From the IMG/VR virus record IMGVR_UViG_3300036772_000294, positions 1 through 64,000 of that record: a DNA stretch of 64,000 nt. One strand, written 5' to 3'. How positions within the stretch are numbered: the stretch's first letter is position 1; each line of letters starts with the position of its first letter. This stretch comes from a virus. The translations under genes were made by a program, and so were the position numbers. Shown in pieces: positions 1 to 9,640 of this stretch. Below the pieces are notes generated by a model. It was not told the origin of the DNA and did no database searches. It was given only the letters and a program-made list of their open reading frames with translations.

Positions 1-959
1 GGAAGAGTTAATGTTTGCCCCTCTGCGGCAACGACAATTACTCCGCCAAAGTCCTCTTTCTGGATGGTCGTTTTCGTCCCAAAGTTGGAAACGGAGGAAT
101 ACTCAAATCCTCTTTCTTTTAAACCAAGGTTTTTAATAAAGGTTTCCACGTTATTGATATCGGACCCGTTAGCCTTTTGGCTCATCATTCCGCTGAGCGA
201 TTTTGCGACATTTGCAGCAAAGTCAGGATCTCCACCAAGCGCTTTGGCTAATAGGCCCAACGTGTTCAAATTATCGGGTGCGTTATCCACCAGGTTAGTG
301 AACATTGTGTTCGCTGCTAAAGTGCTCAGACCTCCTAAGTTCGTTAGGGATACTGCGGCGTCATCGACATCACCCAGGTTCTGATTTTTTCGAAGATACT
401 GAGGTAAGGGATCTTGTTGTCGCGAAAGAGTGTTAATCACGTCCTGAACTGAGGCACCCAAAGTCGCAATTTGCCGGTCATCGGCATGAAGCATTTCAGT
501 CGTAACCTGAATTGCATCAGCCGGTACAACTGCGGTGCAGATAATCACCTGACCTTTTTTATAATCAGCCCGTGAAATGGCTTTAATCTCAGCCGCTTTT
601 ACAGGGCTATTGGGCGAAACCTGATCTGTTATGGTCCCAAAGCTAAATGCGACTTCCAGAACGATAAGTGACTCTTTACCGGCTGGCACGGCCACCATCA
701 CGGTTTTCATTTGGTTGGCGGTCAGGCACATCATTTCATGCTCGGAGAGTGCGGAGCCTCGTTCATTCTCCGCGCCGATGCAAACGGACAGACCTTCGCC
801 TGGCTCGAAATCAAAACCGTTATAGATGCCGTGAGGTAGGACGCCGAAGAACTTGCGATTCAAAGCCTCGCTCGTAAAGGACTCGTAATATTGCATATCA
901 GCAATGAGAGAGCGTTCCTTGAGATTCACCCCAGAGGTGACTGTTTTAATATTGCTCAT
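1..959 (-). CDS. Tail fibre protein, P1 gpS-like (5' part; runs off the window start)
   Basis: ATG at 959, open to the window edge (MSNIKTVTSG...LIADMQYYESFTSEALNRKFFGVLPHGIYNGF...DNAPDNLNTLGLLAKALGGDPDFA). Tail-fibre-type motifs; directly downstream of the R-like gene as in P1. Not in the ORF track because there is no stop in the window. Confidence 0.8.
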   Translation of the reverse strand, partial: MSNIKTVTSGVNLKERSLIADMQYYESFTSEALNRKFFGVLPHGIYNGFDFEPGEGLSVCIGAENERGSALSEHEMMCLTANQMKTVMVAVPAGKESLIVLEVAFSFGTITDQVSPNSPVKAAEIKAISRADYKKGQVIICTAVVPADAIQVTTEMLHADDRQIATLGASVQDVINTLSRQQDPLPQYLRKNQNLGDVDDAAVSLTNLGGLSTLAANTMFTNLVDNAPDNLNTLGLLAKALGGDPDFAANVAKSLSGMMSQKANGSDINNVETFIKNLGLKERGFEYSSVSNFGTKTTIQKEDFGGVIVVAAEGQTLTL

Positions 960-961
960 TA

Positions 962-1396
962 CTACCCCAGATTAGTTTCAATCACAGCTTCAACGACGAA
1001 AGAAAGGTCTTTATGCAACGTCATGTATTTGCAAATGAGGACGGCCACCAGCAGCCCAGCTTCATCGAGTATTCCCAATGTCGTGAAAGCATGATCTTCA
1101 TCACCCGCGCTGGAGCTGGGATAAACTGCACGCAGAGTTATACGGCCAGCTGCATAGTTGGTAATAAGTTCGCAGGTTGCGAAGGGAGAGATAATGTCGG
1201 CGAGATCGGCATCCATTGGGATGTCCTGCAACTCCCACTTACCCGTAATGGGGTTTTGCGTGACGAAGTTGCTGGTTCCGAAAATGGCGGTTTTGATTTC
1301 AAATCGCTCACCCAGGCCAATAGAGGACTCGGCGCGGCGATCGTAGTAGCGTCGGAGAAGTTTGCCCGTCGCATGATCTGAAGTTAGTGCTTCCAT
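962..1396 (-). CDS. Tail fibre assembly/structural protein, P1 gpR-like
   Basis: 144 aa; position between the gp16-like gene and S; C-terminal 'FTTLGILDEAGLLVAV' typical of fibre-attachment domains. Confidence 0.7.
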   Translation of the reverse strand: MEALTSDHATGKLLRRYYDRRAESSIGLGERFEIKTAIFGTSNFVTQNPITGKWELQDIPMDADLADIISPFATCELITNYAAGRITLRAVYPSSSAGDEDHAFTTLGILDEAGLLVAVLICKYMTLHKDLSFVVEAVIETNLG

Positions 1397-1444
1397 AATT
1401 CCCGTTAAACCGGACTCGCGCAGTCAAGCTAATGGGAGAATTCG

Positions 1445-1858
1445 TTACGCTGCGGACTCACCTTTCGGAATGCCAAATGTCATGAGCATTGCATCAGCGT
1501 CAAAGCTGGCTGTGGCCTCTTCTCCTGCGTTCAATGTAGCAGCGACTGCCCTCATGCCCGTAATGCTCTCAGCGGCTCCCTGAGCAGCTGTGACAGCGCT
1601 CTGAATGGTTTCGAGAGATGACGTTATGGTTTCAGCTTTTGAAGTGATATCGGCCTGAATAACTTTCATTTCAGCCAGGCAAGCCTGGATCTCTTCCAGC
1701 GCCGGCGAACCATCTCCGGGCAGCTCACCTAATTGTCTTTTGAGAACGTATTGCGGGTGTGGGTCTTCTTTCTGGTTGTGCTCGCGCATTTCAAGCGATG
1801 GATTCGACATAACTGTTTCCCTGAATGTGTATTTGCCTGGCATTGTTTCTGAACTCAT
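1445..1858 (-). CDS. Tail-associated hypothetical protein
   Basis: HNQKEDPHPQY tail-fibre motif, coiled coil, and C-terminal ATLNAGEEATASF...FGIPKG repeat seen in phage fibre proteins. Confidence 0.5.
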   Translation of the reverse strand: MSSETMPGKYTFRETVMSNPSLEMREHNQKEDPHPQYVLKRQLGELPGDGSPALEEIQACLAEMKVIQADITSKAETITSSLETIQSAVTAAQGAAESITGMRAVAATLNAGEEATASFDADAMLMTFGIPKGESAA

Positions 1859-2706
1859 CCGTTTGGATCAATGGCAGGAAACAGATGTCTGTCCAGGCTC
1901 CATGCATCCAGTGATGTCGTATCGAAGTGGAGCTCAAAGGCAGGGTATGCCAGCCCTGTTTGTACGGTCGACTCGATCTCAGCTGTGAGGTGAGGTGTGT
2001 CGATATTCTCGGCTATTTCGGTCAGCAGCAGCGCGCCGGTAAAACTTATATCAATCGCGGAAACCCGGAAAATATCCTCAAGCTCTGGGATTGTGTATTT
2101 TAGTGAAAGCTCAGCGCCGTCAAAAACGATATGCAACGGCACCAAAGGCTGTATGTACAAGGCAAACTCGGCCATCAGATCAGCAATGCTTTGCTCAAGA
2201 TCATCGCTGTCGAAGCTTCGCATAACTTCGTTGATCGGCACGCGAATGACTCCACGCGATGTCAGAAACCATTCTCCGTAACGGTCGCCGGCCTGATCGA
2301 CGCTTTCTTTTGTCATCAAAACTTGCCCGTAGGGATATTTTTCCTGGTCGACCGGCGCGTAGAGTTTTTCCCAGGTCACAGAGAGCCCCTGGAACTCTCG
2401 ATACAACGTATTAACTATCGGGATATCCGTATCTTTCAGGTGTATTTCGTCGAGCCGTTGTGCCAGTACGATCGGTTTAGTGCGTTTATCACGCCCTCTG
2501 ATGGCGAAGAATTGGCCCAGCTCGTCGATACGTTTTTGCAAATCGTCTTCGTGCATAGTGAATATTGAAGATACCGATTTCACGCGCGCCAGCAGCGGTT
2601 CAACGTGAGACTGCAATATCTCTTCCATGGAGTCACATAATTCAACCCACAGGGGCGAGGCTTGTTTTTTTGGGGTGAGTTGCCCGGTTAGCCATCCTTT
2701 GTTCAT
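1855..2706 (-). CDS. Baseplate wedge protein, P1 gp16-like
   Basis: 283 aa, overlaps the bplA stop, ends IQPLVPLHIVF; synteny. Confidence 0.7.
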   Translation of the reverse strand: MNKGWLTGQLTPKKQASPLWVELCDSMEEILQSHVEPLLARVKSVSSIFTMHEDDLQKRIDELGQFFAIRGRDKRTKPIVLAQRLDEIHLKDTDIPIVNTLYREFQGLSVTWEKLYAPVDQEKYPYGQVLMTKESVDQAGDRYGEWFLTSRGVIRVPINEVMRSFDSDDLEQSIADLMAEFALYIQPLVPLHIVFDGAELSLKYTIPELEDIFRVSAIDISFTGALLLTEIAENIDTPHLTAEIESTVQTGLAYPAFELHFDTTSLDAWSLDRHLFPAIDPNG

Positions 2707-4106
2707 GATGCCCCCTTGCTGTAGGTGATTTCGACCGTTGAATTTTCTGTATCGAGATACACAAAATCATTGAGCTGGTTGCCAGGCGTCAGGCCAATGG
2801 CCTCGAACTCAAACTCCATGACCAGTTTCAGCCCGTCGATGAACGTCCAGATATCTTTGAGAAGAATGCGGTTTTCGAGCTTCGTCGAATTAATACCGAA
2901 CCTCTCTTCCAATTTTGCTTTCAGCGCGATCACAATATCTTCAGGCACATCATTGGCGCTGACCTTACCGGCAAACTCAATTGTGAACGGCAGTGGATTG
3001 ATTGGCATGTAAGAGAAATGCTTATTCAGTTTGTCAGGTATGGTTTCCAGTTCGGAGTACACCATGGCTTCCATCTGCTCTTGGGTGACACCTGGCTTAT
3101 GTGCTGAGATGAAAATGCGATTAATATTTCTCAGGTCCACGACGCCCATCGCCTTTTCCTGCTCTGACTCACCCCATACGCGCAGGAATGTTATTCCTCC
3201 TATTTTGGTGTTAATGAAATAGGCATAATCACCGCCCCAAACGATTTGCTCGTCATACGCCGTCATGTACTGCGCGCGCTGGCGCGTTTCCTCAGTCGTT
3301 TCCGCAGGAGCACCGCCAGTAATTGGCTCAATCGTTGCGATATTCACGACGCTCGCGATCGTGGCCAGTTCATCAATAGGCGTTAGTTTCTGACCCTCAA
3401 CGAGTGTTGTTTCACCTTTTGTGCGCCAGATATCGAGAATGATCGTACTACCTTCCGGCGGCCGCATGCCGGTAACACCATCCCCGAAACGAAACCCAAT
3501 CTGTTCCGTCGGTTTATAAAACTCGGTGTAGCATTTTGTCGTGCTGTTTGCCGATCGAAATTGAGTCGATTTTTCCCATTCAGTTTTCTCGCCGCCTATG
3601 GACACGTAAACCGTGACTTTAAAGCATTCAGCTGTGACATCTTTTGGCAAAATGACTTCAAGCCAGTCTTTTTCCGTATCGACAAATTTCGAGGCTTCTT
3701 CACGGTCCATCTGAGAAACGGTAAACACTGCGTCTTCCCCAACGTTAACGTCAATTGAGGTCATAGTGACGTAAACCAGCTGGCTATTAGATATAAGCGG
3801 CGAGTAGACCGGTAGCTGTAGCCTTCGGTCGCTTTTATTCACGATCCGCGCCCGCCCGGTAGACGGCGTTATAGGACGGGGTACATAGGAACGGTCAGCA
3901 GCAGCGGCGAGAATCGAAGAGCGCCTTGTTGCGGTACTAATAAACGCCTCCATTAGGCCCCGCTCAAGAGCCTGGATGACACGGTAGTAAATCTGGCCCA
4001 CGAACAACGAAAAGCCGGTGACAAACTGACTGCCAACGAACCGGGACCAGTAGCTCTTGGACCTGATAATCTTTTCAAATTCATCGTTAATTTCTTGTTG
4101 GTTCAC
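2703..4106 (-). CDS. bplA: Baseplate wedge protein BplA (baseplate J-like)
   Basis: FISTATRRSSIL, FGDGVTGMRPP and ITGGAPAETTEETRQRA motifs of the baseplate J family; 467 aa. Confidence 0.8.
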   Translation of the reverse strand: MNQQEINDEFEKIIRSKSYWSRFVGSQFVTGFSLFVGQIYYRVIQALERGLMEAFISTATRRSSILAAAADRSYVPRPITPSTGRARIVNKSDRRLQLPVYSPLISNSQLVYVTMTSIDVNVGEDAVFTVSQMDREEASKFVDTEKDWLEVILPKDVTAECFKVTVYVSIGGEKTEWEKSTQFRSANSTTKCYTEFYKPTEQIGFRFGDGVTGMRPPEGSTIILDIWRTKGETTLVEGQKLTPIDELATIASVVNIATIEPITGGAPAETTEETRQRAQYMTAYDEQIVWGGDYAYFINTKIGGITFLRVWGESEQEKAMGVVDLRNINRIFISAHKPGVTQEQMEAMVYSELETIPDKLNKHFSYMPINPLPFTIEFAGKVSANDVPEDIVIALKAKLEERFGINSTKLENRILLKDIWTFIDGLKLVMEFEFEAIGLTPGNQLNDFVYLDTENSTVEITYSKGAS

Positions 4107-4444
4107 GCGATTTTCACCTGGGATTCGTTGCCGCCCTCTGGCGTCTGTATGTTGAGAATGTAGGTCTGAATGTCGGTCGTTTCACATCGGATACCGGTGA
4201 TGTTTAGTTGCGGGATATCGCGCTGTAGAGCCGGGATGAGGTAGTTTTCTATCGCAACCTCCGTGTCAGTATTGGTCGGATTATGTTTGAACCGGTTCAA
4301 ACGGTTTCCCCAGGCTGGTTTGCCGTAAATGGAGCCTTCAGGTGTGGCCAGCCATTCCTGAAAAATGGCAAATTTTGACTGGCTCTCCGGGTATGTCGTG
4401 ATGCCATCTGCATCAACGCTCATGAGAAAATCAATTTCTTCCAT
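4103..4444 (-). CDS. pmgA: Sheath initiator/baseplate protein PmgA (gp25-like)
   Basis: WLATPEGSIYGKPAWGNRL motif of the gp25/W family; between sit and bplA. Confidence 0.75.
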   Translation of the reverse strand: MEEIDFLMSVDADGITTYPESQSKFAIFQEWLATPEGSIYGKPAWGNRLNRFKHNPTNTDTEVAIENYLIPALQRDIPQLNITGIRCETTDIQTYILNIQTPEGGNESQVKIA

Positions 4445-4447
4445 TTT

Positions 4448-7400
4448 TTACGCCTGATCGTTAGCTATTTGTACAAGTGACGGATCGCTAAAAGTGCGCG
4501 GGATAGTAGGTTTTTTGGCTCGTTCTGACTGTGCGCCAGTCGTCGCCTCCTTTGCTCCATTTTTGGCAATCTTCTCGAGGTTTTGATTCATCTGTTTAAA
4601 CAGCTCTTTGGCTTCGGGATCTGTCTTCTGTGTGACTTCAATAGAGTCCTTTTTACCGGGCTGTTCGCCCGTCTTTTGTGGCTGTGCTGATTTAACCGTT
4701 GTTAAATCTGTGAGGGTGTGAACCTCTTTTGGTGTTTGGGTTGAACTCATCGCCTCAGCGGTTTGAGCCGCCGGTTTCGAAGGCGAAACAGGCTGTGCTA
4801 CGGAAACAGTCGCCTGGGCGTTTTCAGCCGGTAATTTAGCCACCTGAGAAGATGGGGCTGTCGGGTCGGTCGTGGCAGTTTGAATTGATTTTGTGCTCGG
4901 CTGCTCCGCGGCCTGCGTTTGTTGTGGTGCTACCGCGGCAGTTTGCTGTTCCGGCGCGCTATCTGTGTTTGTTGCGGCTTTGGGAGAGGTAATGCCGGAT
5001 GCCTTAGCTTGCTCCTGGTACTCGTTATAATTGCGCAATATATTGCGCACGTAGTCCTGAGTCTGCTTTGCGTTTTTAGGCCCCGTAACATCTGGCAATT
5101 GATTTAGAACCGCATCGATATCATCCGATTTTGCCTTTTTACGTGCTTTATCAATGTTGCCTGGGCCTGCGTTGTACGCGGCAAGCGCCAGTGCTGTATC
5201 GCCTTTGTATTTTTTCTTTAGCTGGGACATGTACTTTGCGCCACCAGCGACGGATTGCTCGGGGTTGAAACGATCAGTAACGCCAAGATCGCTCGCTGTA
5301 TCTGGCATTATTTGCATTAAACCACCGGCACCGGCATACGAAACCGCTTTATGATCGCCGCCTGACTCCTGTTTTGTCTGAGCCCGCAGCAATAGTGGGT
5401 CTATGTTGTAGTTTTTGCCTTCTTTCTCATAAAGTCCGTCAAATTTAGATAATTTCTCTTCAACTTTCGTATCATTTTTCAGGCCTTTGGTGACGCCAGC
5501 ACCAGTGTAATTTCCCACTGGCCCGGTCCCCAGATAGTTGCTTTTGGCCTGCTGGATAAGCTCGCCGACCTTCAGCGTTCGCAGTCCCAGCATATCCGCA
5601 ATGTTAAAGAAGGTATCGGCAACATCTTTCATGCCGTCTTTCACAACTTTTGCTGTCGCCGCACCCATCTCCTTAGCTTTTTTCTCGTCGGCATTTTCGG
5701 CAGCTGCGTCAGTTTTTGTGCCAAAGAGGCCTTGGGCGTAAGAGGCCATATTGCTGATATTTTTAGCAATATCACCAGTTTCAAATGTCAGTGCTTCTGC
5801 AACCTTGCTCATCCCAAGTTTTTCAGCGCCGGCGGCCAGCAATCCAGAACCACCTGATACCAGGCCCCCCATATCAAGCACATTTGCTGCTGTATAGGAG
5901 CCTCGATGTTTAGATGAAACTGCCTGTTCATCCGTCAGGCCGAAAGTCTGTCGCTGGCTATCTTCATCGGTGTAGCCTTCAGCTGCATCCATACCAGCGG
6001 TTATTGCCGTACCGATAATCGGTATGAATCTGAGTATCCCTTTCGCGGCGGCCTTTACGCCGAGCTTTGTGGCCAGCTTGCCGCCCGTTTTTTCTGCGAG
6101 GCTTCCGCCTGCCTTTGCTGCAACACCTGCACCCGCTTTTTTCTCAATTGACTGAGCCCGTTTAGCGGAAAGCGCCTCTGCTTCAGTTAATGGCCTGCCC
6201 ATGGATAATGTCTTTGGTTGCTTCTTACCGGGCTCATGGGCTGATTTTGACGAATTCGAAGAGACACCTGGGGTTTTGGATGGTGTGCCGTTGGCAGCTT
6301 TAGGCGTACCGGTAGAATTTGCCGGAGCTTTCGCTGGCCTGCCCCGGACGGGCTTAGTTTTAGGTGGCTCGCCTGTCTTCGGCTTTGGCGTGGAGGGTTT
6401 GCGTTCTGCAGCGCCGTTACCTCGGCTGAAAACACTTTTCAACTTACTAAAGCGCCCGCGCTTCCCTTTTGTTGAGCGGTTTTTTTGCGCCTTTTCTGAT
6501 TTAGCGGAACTCCTGCGTTCTCGCCGTGTTGTGCCATCCTTTCGTCTGCCTGTGAAGACGTCTTTCAGTTTTTTCAGGCCAAGCAGGCCAGCAAGACCGC
6601 TAAGCCCTTTCCCCATCAACCCGGATAACCCGCCGCCGCCTCCAGCGCCGCCGCCGCTTGCCTTGATCAGGTCATCCAGCCGATCGATAACCTCCTGATG
6701 ATTGGAGTTAATATCCTCTGTTTGCTCATCAATTTTGCGAGGGGTTTCTTTTGCTAACGCACGGTCTTTCGCTACGACCGAACCGGCGACGCGCGAGGTT
6801 TTATTTTTAACTTTTGGGGCGTTTTGAATGTGCTGAGCTACAACGGCAGATTGCGCATTTGGCCGCGGAGTAGATACCTGCGGCGATAAAGGTCCAGTTG
6901 AGACATCTGGTTGCTCTGCACCAGCGCTCAGGGCTGTAACTATGCTTTTTTGCGCTGCTGGCGCTGGGGTGTTTTCAGACTTAACTGTCTGGCCAGCTTT
7001 CAAACGCTCAGATGTAACTGGCTGGTATTCAGCACGGCGTATGATGCTGCGTGTATTTGGCGTCCCGGTAGACGCCTCTCTTTTGGCTTCCGGCTCGTCT
7101 GCAGGCGTTGCCGGTTTAGAAGAGAGTTTATTTTGAAGGGCTGAGAACGGCTTGAGAAACTTCGAAACGAGGCCCTCTTCACCGTTTTTACCTTCGCCAA
7201 TGAGCGACTTAGACAAATTGTAAGTTTCTACACCGGCTTTCCAGTATGAGCCACCGGCGGCGGTGCCCGCGACATCCAGGGCCGCGTTTTCTGTATTTAC
7301 CGTTTCTGAAATGAGATCGCCAATTTTCCTGATAACGCTTCGATCGTCATCATGATCACCATCATCATCCTGCCTTGTGCGCTTTCGCTCCGCCTCGTCC

Positions 7401-8017
7401 TGTTTTTTCTGAGACGCGGCATAAGAGACCTTCTCTTTTTTACTGGCATAGGTGCCATCTTCCCGACGCAGACGACCGCGGCTATCGCGTTTGAAACCTG
7501 AAAATGGATCGTTGATCTTAGGGGCCGAATGCTGCTCCTCTTTTTTTTGGGCTTCGGTAATGGCCAATGGGGCGATTAGCTGCGTGGGTTTTATGTCATG
7601 CGTATCAGTGGCAACTGATGGCTTATGCTCTGTTTCATTGCTTTTGGGTTGCACCAACGCATCAGGAACAGCATTGTCGTGTTTTATGTCACGCGTATCT
7701 CTGTTCTTAGAAGTTTTATCCGGGGTGTAGTAGTTGTGAATCTCAGTGCTGTTTATTTCATTCGTTGTTACGCTTGCGGGTATTTCACGTTCACGCCGTT
7801 TGAAAATTAGATCTGAGTGTTCTTCTTCGGGAACATCTGCGGGCATTGCAGGGGGAAGGGCAACATTGCCGTCGAGCTTGCTGTTGATTTCAGTTAGCTG
7901 CTCAAGCTCCTCTTTGCTGGCATTTTCGACGGCATCGATAACACCTGCAAAATCCAGCACCGGCGCAGGCTTTAGTGGTTTCCCTCGGAACTGACCATCA
8001 AAAATGTCATTACTCAT
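4448..8017 (-). CDS. sit: Tape measure protein with soluble lytic transglycosylase domain (Sit)
   Basis: 1189 aa, low complexity; SLT motifs QESGG, GAGGLMQIMPDTA, ALAAYNAGPG. Confidence 0.85.
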   Translation of the reverse strand: MSNDIFDGQFRGKPLKPAPVLDFAGVIDAVENASKEELEQLTEINSKLDGNVALPPAMPADVPEEEHSDLIFKRREREIPASVTTNEINSTEIHNYYTPDKTSKNRDTRDIKHDNAVPDALVQPKSNETEHKPSVATDTHDIKPTQLIAPLAITEAQKKEEQHSAPKINDPFSGFKRDSRGRLRREDGTYASKKEKVSYAASQKKQDEAERKRTRQDDDGDHDDDRSVIRKIGDLISETVNTENAALDVAGTAAGGSYWKAGVETYNLSKSLIGEGKNGEEGLVSKFLKPFSALQNKLSSKPATPADEPEAKREASTGTPNTRSIIRRAEYQPVTSERLKAGQTVKSENTPAPAAQKSIVTALSAGAEQPDVSTGPLSPQVSTPRPNAQSAVVAQHIQNAPKVKNKTSRVAGSVVAKDRALAKETPRKIDEQTEDINSNHQEVIDRLDDLIKASGGGAGGGGGLSGLMGKGLSGLAGLLGLKKLKDVFTGRRKDGTTRRERRSSAKSEKAQKNRSTKGKRGRFSKLKSVFSRGNGAAERKPSTPKPKTGEPPKTKPVRGRPAKAPANSTGTPKAANGTPSKTPGVSSNSSKSAHEPGKKQPKTLSMGRPLTEAEALSAKRAQSIEKKAGAGVAAKAGGSLAEKTGGKLATKLGVKAAAKGILRFIPIIGTAITAGMDAAEGYTDEDSQRQTFGLTDEQAVSSKHRGSYTAANVLDMGGLVSGGSGLLAAGAEKLGMSKVAEALTFETGDIAKNISNMASYAQGLFGTKTDAAAENADEKKAKEMGAATAKVVKDGMKDVADTFFNIADMLGLRTLKVGELIQQAKSNYLGTGPVGNYTGAGVTKGLKNDTKVEEKLSKFDGLYEKEGKNYNIDPLLLRAQTKQESGGDHKAVSYAGAGGLMQIMPDTASDLGVTDRFNPEQSVAGGAKYMSQLKKKYKGDTALALAAYNAGPGNIDKARKKAKSDDIDAVLNQLPDVTGPKNAKQTQDYVRNILRNYNEYQEQAKASGITSPKAATNTDSAPEQQTAAVAPQQTQAAEQPSTKSIQTATTDPTAPSSQVAKLPAENAQATVSVAQPVSPSKPAAQTAEAMSSTQTPKEVHTLTDLTTVKSAQPQKTGEQPGKKDSIEVTQKTDPEAKELFKQMNQNLEKIAKNGAKEATTGAQSERAKKPTIPRTFSDPSLVQIANDQA

Positions 8018-8029
8018 TCTGCTATGCCT

Positions 8030-8191
8030 CTACTTCAATTTTTCGGTCAGTGCGTTATTCATTTCAATGGCTCGCCATTCTTCCAGTGCATCCACAGCAT
8101 TAACCGGCTGCAGGCCGTAAACCGTCAGGTTGGTCACTAAGATTTGCCAGCCAATTAAATCGAACGTTTTCAATGAAGAATTTATTCCGAA
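8030..8191 (-). CDS. Overlapping +1-frame ORF; putative frameshift extension of PmgB or small T4 gp51-like protein
   Basis: Open frame FGINSSLKTFDLIGWQILVTNLTVYGLQPVNAVDALEEWRAIEMNNALTEKLK*, ending 13 nt before the sit ATG; no ATG near its 5' end. Confidence 0.55.
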   Translation of the reverse strand, partial: FGINSSLKTFDLIGWQILVTNLTVYGLQPVNAVDALEEWRAIEMNNALTEKLK

Positions 8192-8966
8192 AGCCAATCA
8201 AAAGTTGCGTTTGAGCGACTTTTGACTCCTTAGCCATCAGCTCTGGGCAGTTATGAAAGGGTGTATAGAGCAGGGCCTGGCCTTTATCGATCTTCATATT
8301 CAGACCATGCCTGAGAACGTCCTGCGCCTGCACCACGCGCGCAGCCAGGGCGAGAAATTCCTGATCCATATCCATGCCCTGGATTTGCTTGAAACGTCTT
8401 TCTGCTGCGGCGTCAAAATCAGTATCGAGGTCGTAAAAGAGACGAGTCTGATACACCAGCTCCCACAGGCGCAGCTCGGCAACATATTCGCTATAAAGCG
8501 GGTCATCCTTACCGGGGAGGTTGGCGCGCATAGCTTCAAGCCGTTCCATGGCATGACCATTAAGCGGGACAACGCGCCATTTCATCATTTCGCCACAGGT
8601 TTTAAGCTCAAAATCGATGAAAGGTTCGCGTGAGAGCACACGGTTAGTTGCATCGAGATCGATAAAATCCATATCGAAGTAATGCTCATTGCTGCAGTGC
8701 TGGCACTGATAGGAAAACGTCGTCGTCGTGACGGACCGCGAACCAATAAAAATCCACCACAGCGCGGTGCGCCGGTCCTGTGCCGTCCATTCAGCACTGT
8801 CTGAAATCGTCGGCCCGCTCTGGAGTTCATTGAGATACTGCGTCGTTGTTCGCTCTTCAAAATCCGGGTTGATTTCGCAATATTTAATGCCGGTTTTGAC
8901 TGTAGGGGTGGAGAACACAATTTTCTTTGCGGGGTTCGATGGCAAGAAAAAATCTGGAACAAACAT
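8100..8966 (-). CDS. pmgB: Tail/baseplate hub assembly protein PmgB-like
   Basis: CQHC Zn motif; immediately upstream of the tape measure gene as in P1. Confidence 0.65.
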   Translation of the reverse strand: MFVPDFFLPSNPAKKIVFSTPTVKTGIKYCEINPDFEERTTTQYLNELQSGPTISDSAEWTAQDRRTALWWIFIGSRSVTTTTFSYQCQHCSNEHYFDMDFIDLDATNRVLSREPFIDFELKTCGEMMKWRVVPLNGHAMERLEAMRANLPGKDDPLYSEYVAELRLWELVYQTRLFYDLDTDFDAAAERRFKQIQGMDMDQEFLALAARVVQAQDVLRHGLNMKIDKGQALLYTPFHNCPELMAKESKVAQTQLLIGFRNKFFIENVRFNWLANLSDQPDGLRPAAG

Positions 8967-8968
8967 GG

Positions 8969-9631
8969 CTATGCTCCTTTTGATGCTGAATCTGTATTGG
9001 ATGTATCAGGCTTTTGTCCGATGCCTGCTACGCCAAAGGCATCAAACGATGTGTATTTGGTAAATGTGATGGGGTAGCTGAAGAATTCACTAACTTGATC
9101 TCTGGACCGCGTAACCGCGCCGCGCTCCGTAGCGAAGACGAGATATTCACTTTCCAGCACCTTGCCGGCCTTTGCCGATACCTTGTAAATCCTGATGGTG
9201 AACACGTAGTCGCGCGGCAAATTAACCGTGCCATCCCTGTTGCACACGCGTGATTTTCGCTCTTCAAACCACTTTTCAACGGTCCCGGACTCATCGTCAC
9301 GGACAGTCATCGTTATTGTTTCTGCGGACAGGTGGGTTGGTTTATTAAACTCACCGGCGCCGATTTGCTTCGGCTCTGTCTGAACCGTTCCCGTGCCGTA
9401 TGAGATATCTTTAACGTAGAGGTCGAAAGTAGGGGGCATGCCGTCAGCTTCTACGAGAAACTCCCAGCTTTGTGCCCAGGGGATATTGACGAGCTGCTTC
9501 ATCGTCTGCCTGGCTTTAATGATTTCCATATTCGGCGTGAGATTGCCGATTACATGTGCGAGGCTGCTGGCCTGATCCATTATTCCCTGGACCGAGCCAA
9601 ACCCTCCCCGCGCTTTTTCGTATAGGCTCAA
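8969..9631 (-). CDS. tub: Baseplate tube/tube initiator Tub-like
   Basis: Tube-fold motifs (DLYVKDISY, ITMTVRDDESG, YPITF); synteny. Confidence 0.7.
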   Translation of the reverse strand: MSLYEKARGGFGSVQGIMDQASSLAHVIGNLTPNMEIIKARQTMKQLVNIPWAQSWEFLVEADGMPPTFDLYVKDISYGTGTVQTEPKQIGAGEFNKPTHLSAETITMTVRDDESGTVEKWFEERKSRVCNRDGTVNLPRDYVFTIRIYKVSAKAGKVLESEYLVFATERGAVTRSRDQVSEFFSYPITFTKYTSFDAFGVAGIGQKPDTSNTDSASKGA

Positions 9632-9640
9632 ATTGGCTCC

